Source: Escherichia coli | GTDB taxonomy: Bacteria > Pseudomonadota > Gammaproteobacteria > Enterobacterales > Enterobacteriaceae | Reading direction: 5' to 3' (one strand) | DNA length: 64,000 nucleotides | Assembly (NCBI RefSeq): GCF_048403405.1 | Contig: NZ_CP183129.1 | In this document: piece by piece, positions 26,106-35,765 of the stretch | Layout: each line of letters starts with the position of its first letter | Numbering within the stretch: position 1 is the stretch's first letter | Made by a program: the position numbers and the translations under genes | Notes under the pieces: generated by a model | The model's input: only the letters and a program-made list of their open reading frames with translations | What the model was told of the DNA's origin: nothing | Database searches by the model: none

Positions 26106-27356
26106 GTGCTTACCGATACAAAATTAAAAAACCTCAAGCCGCAGGACAAACTGTACAAGGTCTCCGATCGTGACGGGCTGTATGTAGCTGTGCTTACGTC
26201 AGGCACGGTCTCGTTTCGCTATGACTACCGTATCAACGGTCGCCGCGAAACACTGGTAATCGGGCAGTATGGGCGTGACGGTATCAGCCTGGCAGAAGCG
26301 CGAGAAGAACTGATTGCTGCAAAGAAGCTGCTTAAAGCAGGCCAGTCACCGGCTGCGGCTAAACGTGACGGTATCAAAAAGATTCGTGGTGCCGAGACGT
26401 TTGCGGTACATACCGACAGTTATATGAAACATGTCATCCTGGCTGACAGTACCCGCGCAATGAAGCAGGCGGTGATCGACCGTGACATACTTCCGGTTCT
26501 TGGCAACAAAATGATGACTGAAATTACCACATCGATGGTTCGTGATTTGTGTGACCGGATTGTCGAACGCGGTGGTCGGGCAACAGCAGTGCAGGCCAGG
26601 GAGATCATCAGCAGCGTATACCGTCACGCCAATGACCGTGGTCATGGTTTGTTTAATCCTGCGGCTGACATTAAACCTTCGTCTATCGCCATATTTAAAC
26701 CACGAGAGCGAACACTGACGCCAGAAGAAATTGGCCTGTTCTTCCGCACGCTGGATGCCATTGGTGCTATGGGCACTATGAAAATGGCTTTAAAGCTGGT
26801 GCTTATCACTATGGTTCGTAAAGGCGAATTCACCAATGCAACGTGGGACGAAATAGATTTTAAAAAATGGACATGGACAATTCCTTCAGACCGCATGAAG
26901 GGAAGCCGGGCGCATGTTATTTACCTGCCTAAACAGGCACAGGATATATTGGTCGGGTTGCAGATGTGCGCTGGTGGAAGTGAATATCTGGTTCCTGGTC
27001 GTTACAACTTCCGGAAGCCATTATCTAATGCCGCGCTGAACTCTCTGATCGACAGAACGGTGAAAATAATAAATGAAGATGGTGAGCATATTCAGGACTT
27101 CACCGTACATGATATGCGCCGTACAGCCAGTACGTTGTTGCATGAGGCTGGTTATCCTTCAGACTGGATTGAAAAGGCTCTGGCACATGAGCAGAAAGGT
27201 GTGCGCGCCGTATATAACAAAGCGGAATACGCCAGACAGCGCGCCTACATGTTGCAGCAGTGGGCCGATATGATTGATTCCTGGATTGACGGGGAGCATA
27301 CGGATCTGATTCCGTTCTCCCCGTCGAAGTTTGAGAAGTGGATGGCGGGAGAATAA
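26106..27356 (+). CDS. int: tyrosine integrase (P4-like family), prophage left end
   Basis: 416-aa ORF, GTG start; N-terminus MLTDTKLKNLKPQDKLYKVSDRDGLY typical of P4-type integrases; C-terminal catalytic region (HDMRRTASTLL...Y). Confidence 0.9.
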   Translation: MLTDTKLKNLKPQDKLYKVSDRDGLYVAVLTSGTVSFRYDYRINGRRETLVIGQYGRDGISLAEAREELIAAKKLLKAGQSPAAAKRDGIKKIRGAETFAVHTDSYMKHVILADSTRAMKQAVIDRDILPVLGNKMMTEITTSMVRDLCDRIVERGGRATAVQAREIISSVYRHANDRGHGLFNPAADIKPSSIAIFKPRERTLTPEEIGLFFRTLDAIGAMGTMKMALKLVLITMVRKGEFTNATWDEIDFKKWTWTIPSDRMKGSRAHVIYLPKQAQDILVGLQMCAGGSEYLVPGRYNFRKPLSNAALNSLIDRTVKIINEDGEHIQDFTVHDMRRTASTLLHEAGYPSDWIEKALAHEQKGVRAVYNKAEYARQRAYMLQQWADMIDSWIDGEHTDLIPFSPSKFEKWMAGE

Positions 27357-27359
27357 CGT

Positions 27360-27554
27360 TTAATAGTTCTGCTGATTTTCTTCCATCTCGGCTTCTGCTG
27401 CCAGTGATTCAATTTTGTCTGCGAATATTGCTGACAGCGTTGCAAATTCAGCATCAGTGACAGCGGGAATTGGAACAAACCTGATCCCGCTGTGTGCAAG
27501 CATGTTTGCAGTTTCAAGGCATTTCCTTAAATCTGCTGGTGATGCCCTGTTCAT
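27360..27554 (-). CDS. small hypothetical protein, translationally coupled to methyltransferase
   Basis: 64-aa ORF (MNRASPADLRK...) whose ATG overlaps the methyltransferase TGA (ATGA overlap). Confidence 0.4.
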   Translation of the reverse strand: MNRASPADLRKCLETANMLAHSGIRFVPIPAVTDAEFATLSAIFADKIESLAAEAEMEENQQNY

Positions 27555-28201
27555 GCTGCACGCTCCCGCCCCTGGTTGTCTGTTGGTGACAGCGGAGCAT
27601 TGCTGAATGCATTTGTTAATTCGGCAATATCCAACGCGTATCCAGGGTGTAGTTGCACTGCCGGGTCTTCGCACTGATTACCCCAAACATCGAAGCCATG
27701 AGACGTCTGGCGGGCGAACAGTTCAATGCGAGAAACATCGCCTAACAATTGCACAAGTTTTTCACGAACAATATCTGGTTTTCTTGAATGCTCAAGCCGC
27801 GGTGCGGTAAATGACTGAACGATCCCTGCATTAATGCGCGTAGGTAGTTTTCCCTTTACTGCAAACAGGCAATCTTCACTATTGGCGCGAGTCATGTGTC
27901 CCATACCCATAACCAGTTTATCTGGTTGTCGACTACCACATTTTATCCACGTGAAGCCCTTCATGGTCATCAGACGGAATCCCCAGACTTCAACAACTTT
28001 TAGTGCTTCGAGTGGTTGTGTTGGCACCCACCACATGGCCAACAGACAGTTTTCATCGGCCAAATCCCACACAGGAAGGCGGCAGATATCCAGCACACTC
28101 ATAACCGGGTATTTAAAACCGGCACCGCGATTACCATCTGCGGCTTTGTCCCGGTATACCCAGGGTGGATCTGCATAGATTAGTGTGTATTTCTTAGTCA
28201 T
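27551..28201 (-). CDS. DNA N6-adenine methyltransferase, MT-A70-like (orphan, no restriction partner seen)
   Basis: MTKKYTLIYADPPWVY... DPPW catalytic motif near N-terminus, ~215 aa; start at ATG 28201. Confidence 0.7.
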   Translation of the reverse strand: MTKKYTLIYADPPWVYRDKAADGNRGAGFKYPVMSVLDICRLPVWDLADENCLLAMWWVPTQPLEALKVVEVWGFRLMTMKGFTWIKCGSRQPDKLVMGMGHMTRANSEDCLFAVKGKLPTRINAGIVQSFTAPRLEHSRKPDIVREKLVQLLGDVSRIELFARQTSHGFDVWGNQCEDPAVQLHPGYALDIAELTNAFSNAPLSPTDNQGRERAA

Positions 28202-28493
28202 AAACCACCCCACAACATCCTATGCCGCTATAGTCGCCACGGCGAAGGCCGTTACCTTTTGTGATACATTGGTCCCTGCGAACCGCGATCCTTGCACGCT
28301 CAACATCACCAGAAGCAACATCCATACACTGAAGCCAAAGGTGGGCGGCAATGCGGAACTGCCCTTTTTTCTCTCTTTCAATCGCGCGTTTTTCGATCTC
28401 TATCGCCGCAGGAGTAACGGCAACAACCTTTGAAGGGCTGCGCATTGAAACCTTGTTCATGTGATATTTTTCAAGTCGGCTTAACTTTCTCAC
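28194..28493 (-). CDS. hypothetical small protein (possible regulator)
   Basis: 99-aa ORF; no confident family assignment; true start may be internal. Confidence 0.35.
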   Translation of the reverse strand: MRKLSRLEKYHMNKVSMRSPSKVVAVTPAAIEIEKRAIEREKKGQFRIAAHLWLQCMDVASGDVERARIAVRRDQCITKGNGLRRGDYSGIGCCGVVYD

Positions 28494-28602
28494 TTAATCC
28501 AACCCTCTCTGAAAATTAATGCCAGCAGATAAAGCCATGCTGAAACAGAGGCCAGGAATAAGTACCATCCTGACCATTTGCTCCAGTGCCTTAGCAGCAC
28601 AC

Positions 28603-28851
28603 TCATTCCGCGTTGCTCACGGGACGATATACACGTTGCTGAACAGGAGGTTTTTTACCCTGGAACTCTGCCGGGCTTGCTGCATGACGTTCATCAAGCC
28701 AACGCTCAACTTCATCACGGTTCCATGCGCAGCGTTTATCGGTGATATACCAGCGTTTAGGAAATTCCCCTGCGCGCTCCATACGGTCGATAGTGCTCCA
28801 TGACAGTGGAACCACCGCCAGGAGTTCCTTCTTACCTAATGCACCTTTCAT
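28603..28851 (-). CDS. AlpA-family phage transcriptional regulator / excisionase-like HTH protein
   Basis: 82-aa ORF with LSWSTIDRMERAGEFPKRW motif typical of AlpA/Xis-type HTH proteins. Confidence 0.65.
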   Translation of the reverse strand: MKGALGKKELLAVVPLSWSTIDRMERAGEFPKRWYITDKRCAWNRDEVERWLDERHAASPAEFQGKKPPVQQRVYRPVSNAE

Positions 28852-28900
28852 AAATACCTCTCTTGGTTGCAGTGCGGCGCGCGTGGCGCCGCGGTGGTGG

Positions 28901-29782
28901 TTACATAGATGTTTCGTTTAATTCTTCCCGACGAACGCTGTAAACGTCGGTGGCTTTTGCCAGCAGTTCGTCATCATCTGAAAGTTTTTGTGCAATGTAT
29001 TTGTAAGCCTTATCCAGTTCGGAGACAGTGCTGTAATTCATCGCTGCGCTGGTAAAGGCCATCAGCATTTCTTCTGGATCACGGCTATCCGCTTTACGCG
29101 TTTGCTCATCAGGCTTTTTCACTGGTTTAGCGTTGATCAGACTGTTCATTCCCGCAGCAGTAGTTGTTTGCGGAGTAATGTCTCGCTCAACGCGCGGTGC
29201 CGTTTCCTGTAATTCGTCAGGGGTGTAAACACCGAGAAGTACATCAGGAGCGTGCAGGCGAGCCCATCGTTTCGTGCAAAGATAGGCAAGTTGCTGGCGC
29301 GGATCCTGTTCCCACAATGGAGAGTTACGCACTCCGGCTTGCGCCATACTGATGGTAAGCTCACGGGGTTCTGCTTCTCCTTTAAGAACTGCTGACACAG
29401 TTACCGTCAGATTCGGTGATTTATCTGTTTTGCCGTTAACATTCGACCAGTCACCGCTCCAGCGATAATTCAGGCGTGTCGCTAGCAGGCTGGAAGAGGA
29501 TACGACCGCGTTTACCAACTGTGCTTCGTAGCCTAACGTTCCGTTTACCACATGCGTTTTCTGCGCCACGGCGAAAGGGTTCATTCCCCACTGTGCCGCC
29601 TGCATGGTCACCGCCAGGCAATCGGCAGGTTTGCCTTCAAGATGTTTCGGCACAGTCGCTTTGCTTTGTGACATCAACTCCGCGAAACGCACCAGTTGAT
29701 TCATGCCCTCGGGGCTGAAGATTGCCGCAGCAGTGCCTACAGTTGCGCCTGGTTGTGATGTGATTGCGATATCATTGCTCAT
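28901..29782 (-). CDS. RecT/Redbeta-type single-strand annealing protein (probable)
   Basis: 293-aa ORF directly downstream of and 4-bp overlapping an exonuclease gene; composition and size of RecT-like SSAPs. Confidence 0.6.
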   Translation of the reverse strand: MSNDIAITSQPGATVGTAAAIFSPEGMNQLVRFAELMSQSKATVPKHLEGKPADCLAVTMQAAQWGMNPFAVAQKTHVVNGTLGYEAQLVNAVVSSSSLLATRLNYRWSGDWSNVNGKTDKSPNLTVTVSAVLKGEAEPRELTISMAQAGVRNSPLWEQDPRQQLAYLCTKRWARLHAPDVLLGVYTPDELQETAPRVERDITPQTTTAAGMNSLINAKPVKKPDEQTRKADSRDPEEMLMAFTSAAMNYSTVSELDKAYKYIAQKLSDDDELLAKATDVYSVRREELNETSM

Positions 29783-30600
29783 ACGTACATATCCTGTTTA
29801 CGTGCCCAGTCAGGGCGTTTAATAATTTCCACTCCGCCCCATTCATCGTTGATGCGGCATTCGTGATAGGTATTCAGATCCCGGCGGAACAGAGCGTGCC
29901 CGGCATCGACATCTGGCGCATCCAGCTCGAACACGCGTACCGGATACCGACCACAATCAATGCTTTCGCTCACGGCAAGAAAGAAAAAACCATGCGGCTG
30001 ACCAGTAACCCTCATTGCGCCTTCGCGGTACATTGCGTCCTGCACGTGGTAGCGGAATTCCTCGATGTGGCGTGCAAAACGGTCCATATCTGCAACCTTT
30101 TTCACGTCGACGATCACGTTGTGCTCGTTCAGCCATTTGTCTGGACGAATTCGGCACAACTCACCCGTCTCTTCATCATTCCAGTACATTGATGCTTCGC
30201 AGTAACCAGGTGCTTCCAGCATCCAGCGTGCCGCCGGGTGAGCCATTGCGCTATCACGCATCAGCTCCAGTTTCCGCCACTGCTCGGCATCAAGTACCGT
30301 AATCCCCATATCCGCCACATCACGAAGAAATGCCTCTTCGTCAGCTTTACCTTGTTTCGTCCGACGATCGAATTTCGGTGAAACAATGAAGCGTTTGTCG
30401 AACTCTCCAGGCTCCAGAAGCAGACAGTGCAATGCGGTTCCCATATCCAGTGCAGACTTTTTCTCTTCGTCTTCTGGTGCTGCCTGAACCCATTTAAGAA
30501 GCGCCGGATTCTTGGCAACCATGTCTAGTTGCGACTTACTCACTCCGTCACCGGCGTGGTAGTCTTCGTTGCTGATGTCGAAATAAATTCCCGGTTTCAT
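29779..30600 (-). CDS. PD-(D/E)XK exonuclease (YqaJ/RecE-like)
   Basis: 273-aa ORF with D...E.K-type nuclease core (VIVDVKK); paired with the SSAP gene. Confidence 0.65.
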   Translation of the reverse strand: MKPGIYFDISNEDYHAGDGVSKSQLDMVAKNPALLKWVQAAPEDEEKKSALDMGTALHCLLLEPGEFDKRFIVSPKFDRRTKQGKADEEAFLRDVADMGITVLDAEQWRKLELMRDSAMAHPAARWMLEAPGYCEASMYWNDEETGELCRIRPDKWLNEHNVIVDVKKVADMDRFARHIEEFRYHVQDAMYREGAMRVTGQPHGFFFLAVSESIDCGRYPVRVFELDAPDVDAGHALFRRDLNTYHECRINDEWGGVEIIKRPDWARKQDMYV

Positions 30601-30896
30601 GCCGCGTCCCTCTGTCCATCAAGCTGATCCGCCAGATCCCAGCGGGCGATAATTGCCATTGCCTCTCGCCGGTAGGCATCCATCAGTTCTTCGAACTCAG
30701 GGCTGTCTTTAGCAGCCTCCAGTACTTCCTGACGAACGCCTTTGCCTGTTACAACGTCGAAAGTTGAGGACAGTTGATGAAGTCGGATGCTCTCAATCAG
30801 TTCAACTTGTCGGTCATATAGCTGTTCTGACAGGCGGTAGTCCTTGTCGAATGCCAGCATGATTTTTTGAAGATTTTTCTGCTGATTAACGTTCAT
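30597..30896 (-). CDS. hypothetical early-left protein
   Basis: ORF overlapping the exonuclease start; start likely ATG 30896 (MNVNQQ...). Confidence 0.45.
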   Translation of the reverse strand: MNVNQQKNLQKIMLAFDKDYRLSEQLYDRQVELIESIRLHQLSSTFDVVTGKGVRQEVLEAAKDSPEFEELMDAYRREAMAIIARWDLADQLDGQRDAA

Positions 30897-31070
30897 TATC
30901 AGCCCTCCCATATCTCGTTATCGTTGGCCACATCGCGAGCTTCTTTGCTGACGAAAGCCCACTTAATGCCTTCCTGTAAGGTGCGGAACTTCCAGCTCAT
31001 GAATCCGCATGCAGTAACGCAGTACCAACCGTTGATGATTTTCCACTGCATAACTTGTTACCTCGGTCTG

Positions 31071-31147
31071 TTACCGTTGAGGTAATGATTATGCGTATCT
31101 GGTTTGATGTCAATAGATATGAGTTAAAAAAATTACCCAACAGGTAA
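31071..31147. promoter_or_regulatory. OL-like operator pair: two perfect TTACC-N5-GGTAA palindromes
   Basis: TTACCGTTGAGGTAA at 31071-31085 and TTACCCAACAGGTAA at 31133-31147, between the repressor terminator and the leftward early genes. Confidence 0.55.
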
Positions 31148-31155
31148 TCTAACAG

Positions 31156-31184
31156 GCAATAAAAAAGCCGCCATGAGGCGGCTT
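31156..31184 (-). terminator. rho-independent terminator downstream of repressor gene
   Basis: aagccgcc-atga-ggcggctt hairpin with a run of A on + strand (U-tract on - strand). Confidence 0.65.
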
Positions 31185-31204
31185 ACTTGCTGAAAACTAT
31201 AGTT

Positions 31205-31789
31205 TTATTGTTTGTTTTTTTCGTTCTGGTTGATGACAAATTCAATGTAACTTTCGATCTTTGCTTTCTCGGTTTCGGGTAACAATGCGTAGCGCGAGCG
31301 GTCATAGTTGATAGTCGCAGGGTCGTGCGGGTGAATCAGTAATTCATAGCCATGACGCCCGAATGCGGATGCAACATTCTCCAGGGTGGAAATGGAAACG
31401 CTGACCTCATTGTTTAACAGGCGGCTGATTGTCACCTGGGCGACGCCGGATGCGCGGTGTAGTTTTCCCTGCGTTGAAAGGTCGCGGCTTTCGCTCATCC
31501 AGCGTTCCAGGTTGTGAGCAGCCAGCTGACCTATATCACTCGGGCCGACAGGCTGAAAACCTTCCTGAGAAAGCGAGCGATCGATATCAAGCCAGTTACG
31601 GGGTTTATTGGCGGCAGCTTCAATTTTTCGCGCAACCTGGTCGCCGATAACCTTCTTGCCAAGAGCCCAGCGGTTTACCAGATTTGCCTGAGTTCCAAGT
31701 TTTTCTGCCATCCGCGTCTGAACACCATTGAATTCACGGTCGATCAAGTCGTTGAGATTTTGCCTGCGGACGTCCTGGATACTTTTCAT
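31205..31789 (-). CDS. prophage repressor candidate, tandem HTH (XRE-type), no LexA-like peptidase domain
   Basis: 194-aa ORF divergent from cro-like gene; two HTH-like segments (TRMAEKLGTQANLVNRWALGKK and ASGVAQVTISRLLNNE); no Ser-Lys autocleavage domain recognisable. Confidence 0.65.
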   Translation of the reverse strand: MKSIQDVRRQNLNDLIDREFNGVQTRMAEKLGTQANLVNRWALGKKVIGDQVARKIEAAANKPRNWLDIDRSLSQEGFQPVGPSDIGQLAAHNLERWMSESRDLSTQGKLHRASGVAQVTISRLLNNEVSVSISTLENVASAFGRHGYELLIHPHDPATINYDRSRYALLPETEKAKIESYIEFVINQNEKNKQ

Positions 31790-31844
31790 TTTCTGGAAAA
31801 TCGCCTCATATATGAATCAGTAGATGATTCAATTTAAAGCAATA

Positions 31845-31908
31845 TTACCCAACAGGTAAATGCACCTCATAGGTAACTATCCTTGATTTTTGTTACCTTA
31901 TGGGTGAA
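31845..31908. promoter_or_regulatory. OR-like operator cluster: one perfect and two imperfect TTACC-N5-GGTAA sites
   Basis: TTACCCAACAGGTAA 31845-31859 (identical 15-mer to OL site), gCACCTCATAGGTAA 31862-31876, TTACCTTATGGGTgA 31894-31908, between repressor and cro-like starts. Confidence 0.55.
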
Positions 31909-31943
31909 TATTTATTATCTGAAATAAATATCAGGCAATAGCT

Positions 31944-32174
31944 ATGAGCGATAACGGACATTTCGATTTCAAAAAGCACTGGCTTGCACTTACTCCGGAC
32001 GAGCGTGAAGCCTTCGCACAGGAAGCCGGAACGACGAGTCACTATATCCAGACTCACTTAACAGGTAAGCGCAAAATGCCAGGTAAGGTATTGATGGATG
32101 GGCTTTTTAAAGCCTGTAAAACAAGACAATGGCTGCGCTCAAAAGCAGAACTGGCATACTTCTTCTACTCATGA
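31944..32174 (+). CDS. Cro-like DNA-binding protein
   Basis: 76-aa ORF divergent from repressor across the operator cluster. Confidence 0.6.
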   Translation: MSDNGHFDFKKHWLALTPDEREAFAQEAGTTSHYIQTHLTGKRKMPGKVLMDGLFKACKTRQWLRSKAELAYFFYS

Positions 32175-32196
32175 TATCCAGCTACAACCCTCTGTA

Positions 32197-32220
32197 GACC
32201 GCCACCCGGCGGTCTTTTCA
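32197..32220 (+). terminator. rho-independent terminator after cro-like gene (tR1-like position)
   Basis: gaccgcc-accc-ggcggtc followed by ttttca; imperfect operator gTACCTCAAAGGTAA follows at 32230-32244. Confidence 0.6.
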
Positions 32221-32340
32221 TATCTATTCGTACCTCAAAGGTAATAAAAAACCAAATCTGGTTGATCAAATTTTCCAATTGTGCAAAAATAGCCAATATC
32301 AATAACAAAAAGGTGCGGAAAAATTGAAGATAGTAACCAG

Positions 32341-32536
32341 AATGGAGGCCGCAAAAGCCGGGTTAAATCGCTATTTCACAGGAAAGCGGTGCCGTCACGG
32401 CCATCTCTCTGAAAGGTATGTTCTGAACGGAACATGTGTTGAATGTGCAATGAATAGCGCCAACCGCCATCGTAATGAATTTGCTTGTGCACTAAAGAGT
32501 GCAAGAGGGGAAACCTATGGCAAGCAGCTGGATTAA
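32341..32536 (+). CDS. small zinc-binding protein in cII-like position
   Basis: About 65 aa from ATG 32341 with CRHGH...CVEC cysteines; between cro-like and O-like genes. Confidence 0.4.
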
Positions 32537-33347
32537 GGTTGAAGTTATCACTCCTGATAAACCTGAAATTTTTCAGATAGCAGAAATTCTGGGTATTGAT
32601 CCAGATGCTGTTCTTGGAAAGCTGGTTCGTATATGGGCATGGGCTGACCAGCAAACAATAGACGGTAACGCTGGCAGCGTTACAAAAGGAGTACTTGATA
32701 GACTCGCTTTTATTACAGGATTTGCTGACGCCCTCATTAGCGTCGGATGGCTTGCTTATCATGACGGCAAACTAATTCTTCCAAACTTTGAGCGACACAA
32801 TGGAGAATCATCGAAAAAACGTGCACTTACGAATAGAAGAGTGGCAGAGCATCGAAAACGAGTAACGCAAAAAGTAACGCCAACAGCGTTACAAAAGGAG
32901 TTACCAGAGGAAGAGGAAGAGGAAGATATATATAAAACCCCACACATAGCGCACGTGCGCGAGAGTGCTCCGACCAGTGAGTCGAGTGGTACGCCGTTGC
33001 AGGCAGCAGAACCTGCATCCCTGGATGGCCTGAGTGAACCCATCGGGAAATTTCCGATGACCGATGGCTGGCATCCGTCGCCGGATTTTCGACGGCGTGC
33101 TGCGCTGTGGGGAACGGCCCTGCCGGAACCGGAATTTACACCTGCTGAACTTGCTGCATTCCGGGATTACTGGATGGCTGAGGGCAAAGTGTTCACGCAG
33201 GTTCAGTGGGAACAAAAATTCGCCAGGCACGTAAATCATATCAGGGGAAAATCAAAAAACGCCGGGAAAAGCGATGAGCTTGACTGGAATAACACTGACT
33301 GGATAGAAGGGGTGTGGGATGAAATCAACTCCAGAACTTCTCAATGA
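32517..33347 (+). CDS. replication initiation protein (lambda O-like position)
   Basis: 276 aa from ATG 32517; acidic linker EEEEEEDIY; immediately upstream of and overlapping a clear lambda P homolog. Confidence 0.55.
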   Translation: MASSWIKVEVITPDKPEIFQIAEILGIDPDAVLGKLVRIWAWADQQTIDGNAGSVTKGVLDRLAFITGFADALISVGWLAYHDGKLILPNFERHNGESSKKRALTNRRVAEHRKRVTQKVTPTALQKELPEEEEEEDIYKTPHIAHVRESAPTSESSGTPLQAAEPASLDGLSEPIGKFPMTDGWHPSPDFRRRAALWGTALPEPEFTPAELAAFRDYWMAEGKVFTQVQWEQKFARHVNHIRGKSKNAGKSDELDWNNTDWIEGVWDEINSRTSQ

Positions 33348-34095
33348 GTACGATCGCTTACGTGAGCATGGTGTTGCTGTGCATGAAGAGCGGCGTGACA
33401 GCAATGGCAAAAAGGAGCAGGTCGCTAGAATTTTCAATGAACTATTTGTCCAGTTACAGGCTGCATTTCCCGCAAGCGTTTCGACCATAAGGGAGCAGAA
33501 CAAACTTAATGAATTCCGTAAGCAATGGATGCTTGCGTTTCTGGAGAATGGGATCACAACAATGGAACAGGTTAACGCTGGTATGCGCCACGCCCGCGCC
33601 AGTGAGTCTCCGTTCTGGCCGTCGCCAGGGCAATTTATCAAGTGGTGTAAAGACAGCAAGATGGTTCTTGGCGTCACCATTGACGATGTGATGGCGGAGT
33701 TTCACCGGTACAGCAAGGAAAAAAGTTTATATCCTGGTGGTCCCGAAAGATTCCCGTGGCGGCATCCGGTTATGTACTGGGTCGTATGTGATACCCGCCG
33801 TGCAATGTATCAGCGCCAGCTTAGCGAGATTGAAGTTGAGAAACACGCGCGCAGGCTGCTCGATGATTGGGCGAAAAAGGTGGCTTCCGGGCAGCAGATA
33901 CCCGATCCGGTGATCAGCATACAGGCAAAGCCAGAACCCATGAGTACGCCTCCGGACACAGGGAGAGACGTTTACCACCCGCCAGGGCGAAGTTTCGGGT
34001 GCATGCCTAACGCCGCCACCCTTGGGGGAATAACACCGGCTCAGTGGCTGATGGAGGAATACAGGCGGGGAAAGGCGGCAGGATTTATCAAGTAA
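33319..34095 (+). CDS. replication protein P-like helicase loader
   Basis: Long collinear similarity to lambda P as recalled ([14 protein letters not shown]...[37 protein letters not shown]). Confidence 0.85.
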   Translation: MKSTPELLNEYDRLREHGVAVHEERRDSNGKKEQVARIFNELFVQLQAAFPASVSTIREQNKLNEFRKQWMLAFLENGITTMEQVNAGMRHARASESPFWPSPGQFIKWCKDSKMVLGVTIDDVMAEFHRYSKEKSLYPGGPERFPWRHPVMYWVVCDTRRAMYQRQLSEIEVEKHARRLLDDWAKKVASGQQIPDPVISIQAKPEPMSTPPDTGRDVYHPPGRSFGCMPNAATLGGITPAQWLMEEYRRGKAAGFIK

Positions 34096-34132
34096 TACCA
34101 GCGCGATAGCGCATTTTTTTACGCCTTGATAA

Positions 34133-34209
34133 TTACCTGCAGGGTAACAAAATATTCTAAACTCTATTGATTTCGTGTCTTATGTGGTTTTTAATTACCT
34201 CAGAGGTAA
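34133..34209. promoter_or_regulatory. two perfect TTACC-N5-GGTAA palindromes upstream of the 34213 gene
   Basis: TTACCTGCAGGGTAA 34133-34147 and TTACCTCAGAGGTAA 34195-34209; the second overlaps the RBS; ATGTGGTT motif at 34181-34188. Confidence 0.5.
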
Positions 34210-34212
34210 ATC

Positions 34213-34557
34213 ATGAGAAAACAGATACAGGCTCTTGGTCGACTCAAAACAGGCCAGATGAACAAAACAGAATCTGCGTATTGCCAGCACCTTGAGCTGC
34301 GTAAACGTGCAGGGGAAATCGCCTGGTATCGATTCGAGGGTATCAAGCTGCGGTTAGCTGACAACACGTTCTATACGCCCGATTTTGCTGTGATGCTCGC
34401 CACCGGCGAGATGGAACTGCACGAAGTGAAAGGTTTCTGGACCGACGACGCTAGGGTGAAAACCAAAGTCGCCGCAGATCAGTATCCGTTCCGAATCATC
34501 GGGGTAACGGTTAAACCAAAGAAAGCAGGTGGTGGCTGGAACATCGAAGAGTTCTGA
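34213..34557 (+). CDS. hypothetical phage protein (DUF1064-like, possible small nuclease)
   Basis: 114-aa ORF; resemblance to a conserved lambdoid small-protein family recalled from memory, unverified. Confidence 0.5.
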   Translation: MRKQIQALGRLKTGQMNKTESAYCQHLELRKRAGEIAWYRFEGIKLRLADNTFYTPDFAVMLATGEMELHEVKGFWTDDARVKTKVAADQYPFRIIGVTVKPKKAGGGWNIEEF

Positions 34558-34609
34558 ATCGACGATCTTTTTAGTTATCAATGTAATCAATAAGTTATGT
34601 GGATAAGCG

Positions 34610-35239
34610 ATGGTAAAGATGGAAAGTAATATCAAAGGGTTAGTTGCCGCCGGGCATGAGATGGCTTCGGAACTGAAAGCTGAATGTGGTGCCGTTGATA
34701 TGCGTAGTGTGGCAAAGCTGCTCAGCGATTTGGCAACGCAACTGGAAGTGCAACTGGTGCGTGCTAATGCGCTGGCCGAAGACCAACAGAGAGCGATTGA
34801 GTCAATTAAGCAGGCTGATTCGGCTGTTAAGTTGGCACACAAGAAGTTTTCGGAGCTGGCAGCGGAGAATGCGGCACTGAAGGCTGCGCACCCTCAACCA
34901 TTCGGACCTGAGATGATGAAGGCTCTTGATGCGTATGAGAAGTATCAGGATGAAGTGCCGGAGACTGGGATGCTCAATGCATTTTTCATCTTGCGCGACA
35001 GTATCCGTGTTGACACCCCAGCCACCGATGCTTTCCTGGCTGAAGTGCGGGCGCAGGGCGTGGATGCTGCTATAGAAGCTGCAAAAAATCTGGTGGCCCA
35101 AGAATATGAGTATAAGGATTTCAAAGCGGCGCAGAGTGATTGCTGTATGCACCCTGGTTCAGATCTGGTAGGGAAGGTTGAAATGACTGAGTGGTTAGTT
35201 GACTTTGCTGCCCAGCTTCGCAAAGGAGGCAACCAGTGA
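34610..35239 (+). CDS. hypothetical phage protein
   Basis: 209-aa ORF, coiled-coil-like Ala/Glu-rich N-terminus. Confidence 0.5.
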   Translation: MVKMESNIKGLVAAGHEMASELKAECGAVDMRSVAKLLSDLATQLEVQLVRANALAEDQQRAIESIKQADSAVKLAHKKFSELAAENAALKAAHPQPFGPEMMKALDAYEKYQDEVPETGMLNAFFILRDSIRVDTPATDAFLAEVRAQGVDAAIEAAKNLVAQEYEYKDFKAAQSDCCMHPGSDLVGKVEMTEWLVDFAAQLRKGGNQ

Positions 35240-35763
35240 GCAAGATTGACTATCAGGCACTGCGTGAAAAGGCAGAGAAAGCAACGTGTGGTGTGTGGTC
35301 GCTCGAATATGGAGAGGGACGATTTGATGGTGATGATGCGCTAATTCATCGTGAAGTTGCTGGATATATTCCCATTTGCAGAATTGAAGGAGCGCATCCT
35401 GAAAGCGGTTTCGATGAAGATTTCCAAACTGAACAGCAGGCCAATGCTGAATTCATCGCCGCAGCCAATCCGGCTACTGTGCTGGCGCTTCTGGATGAAC
35501 GGGAAAGAAACCAGCAATACATCAAACGCCGCGACCAGGAGAACGAGGATATTGCGCTAACGGTAGGGAAGCTGCGCGTTGAGCTGGAAGCCGCAGAGAA
35601 GCGCATAGCAGAACTGGAAGCGCGGGAAATACTGCTCCCTGAACGTAGCAGCATGCTTCATCGAACAGATTTTCACGATGATTACCAAACGGTAATGGCA
35701 TACAAAGTTTCTGAAGTCATCGATGCAATCCGCGCTACTGGCATTCGCATCAAAGGAGAGTGA
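35236..35763 (+). CDS. Ea22-like family protein
   Basis: 175-aa ORF beginning MSKIDYQALREKAEKATCG, as in Ea22-like proteins of E. coli prophages (memory-based). Confidence 0.55.
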   Translation: MSKIDYQALREKAEKATCGVWSLEYGEGRFDGDDALIHREVAGYIPICRIEGAHPESGFDEDFQTEQQANAEFIAAANPATVLALLDERERNQQYIKRRDQENEDIALTVGKLRVELEAAEKRIAELEAREILLPERSSMLHRTDFHDDYQTVMAYKVSEVIDAIRATGIRIKGE

Positions 35764-35765
35764 CG

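Noticed and set aside
31087-31149. Tiny ORFs beside operator palindromes (20 aa at 31087-31149 and 32 aa at 59591-59689), both containing the peptide IWFD
   Set aside because: Too short to support as genes; the shared peptide arises from the shared DNA motif TGGTTTGAT, which is more likely a regulatory element than coding sequence.
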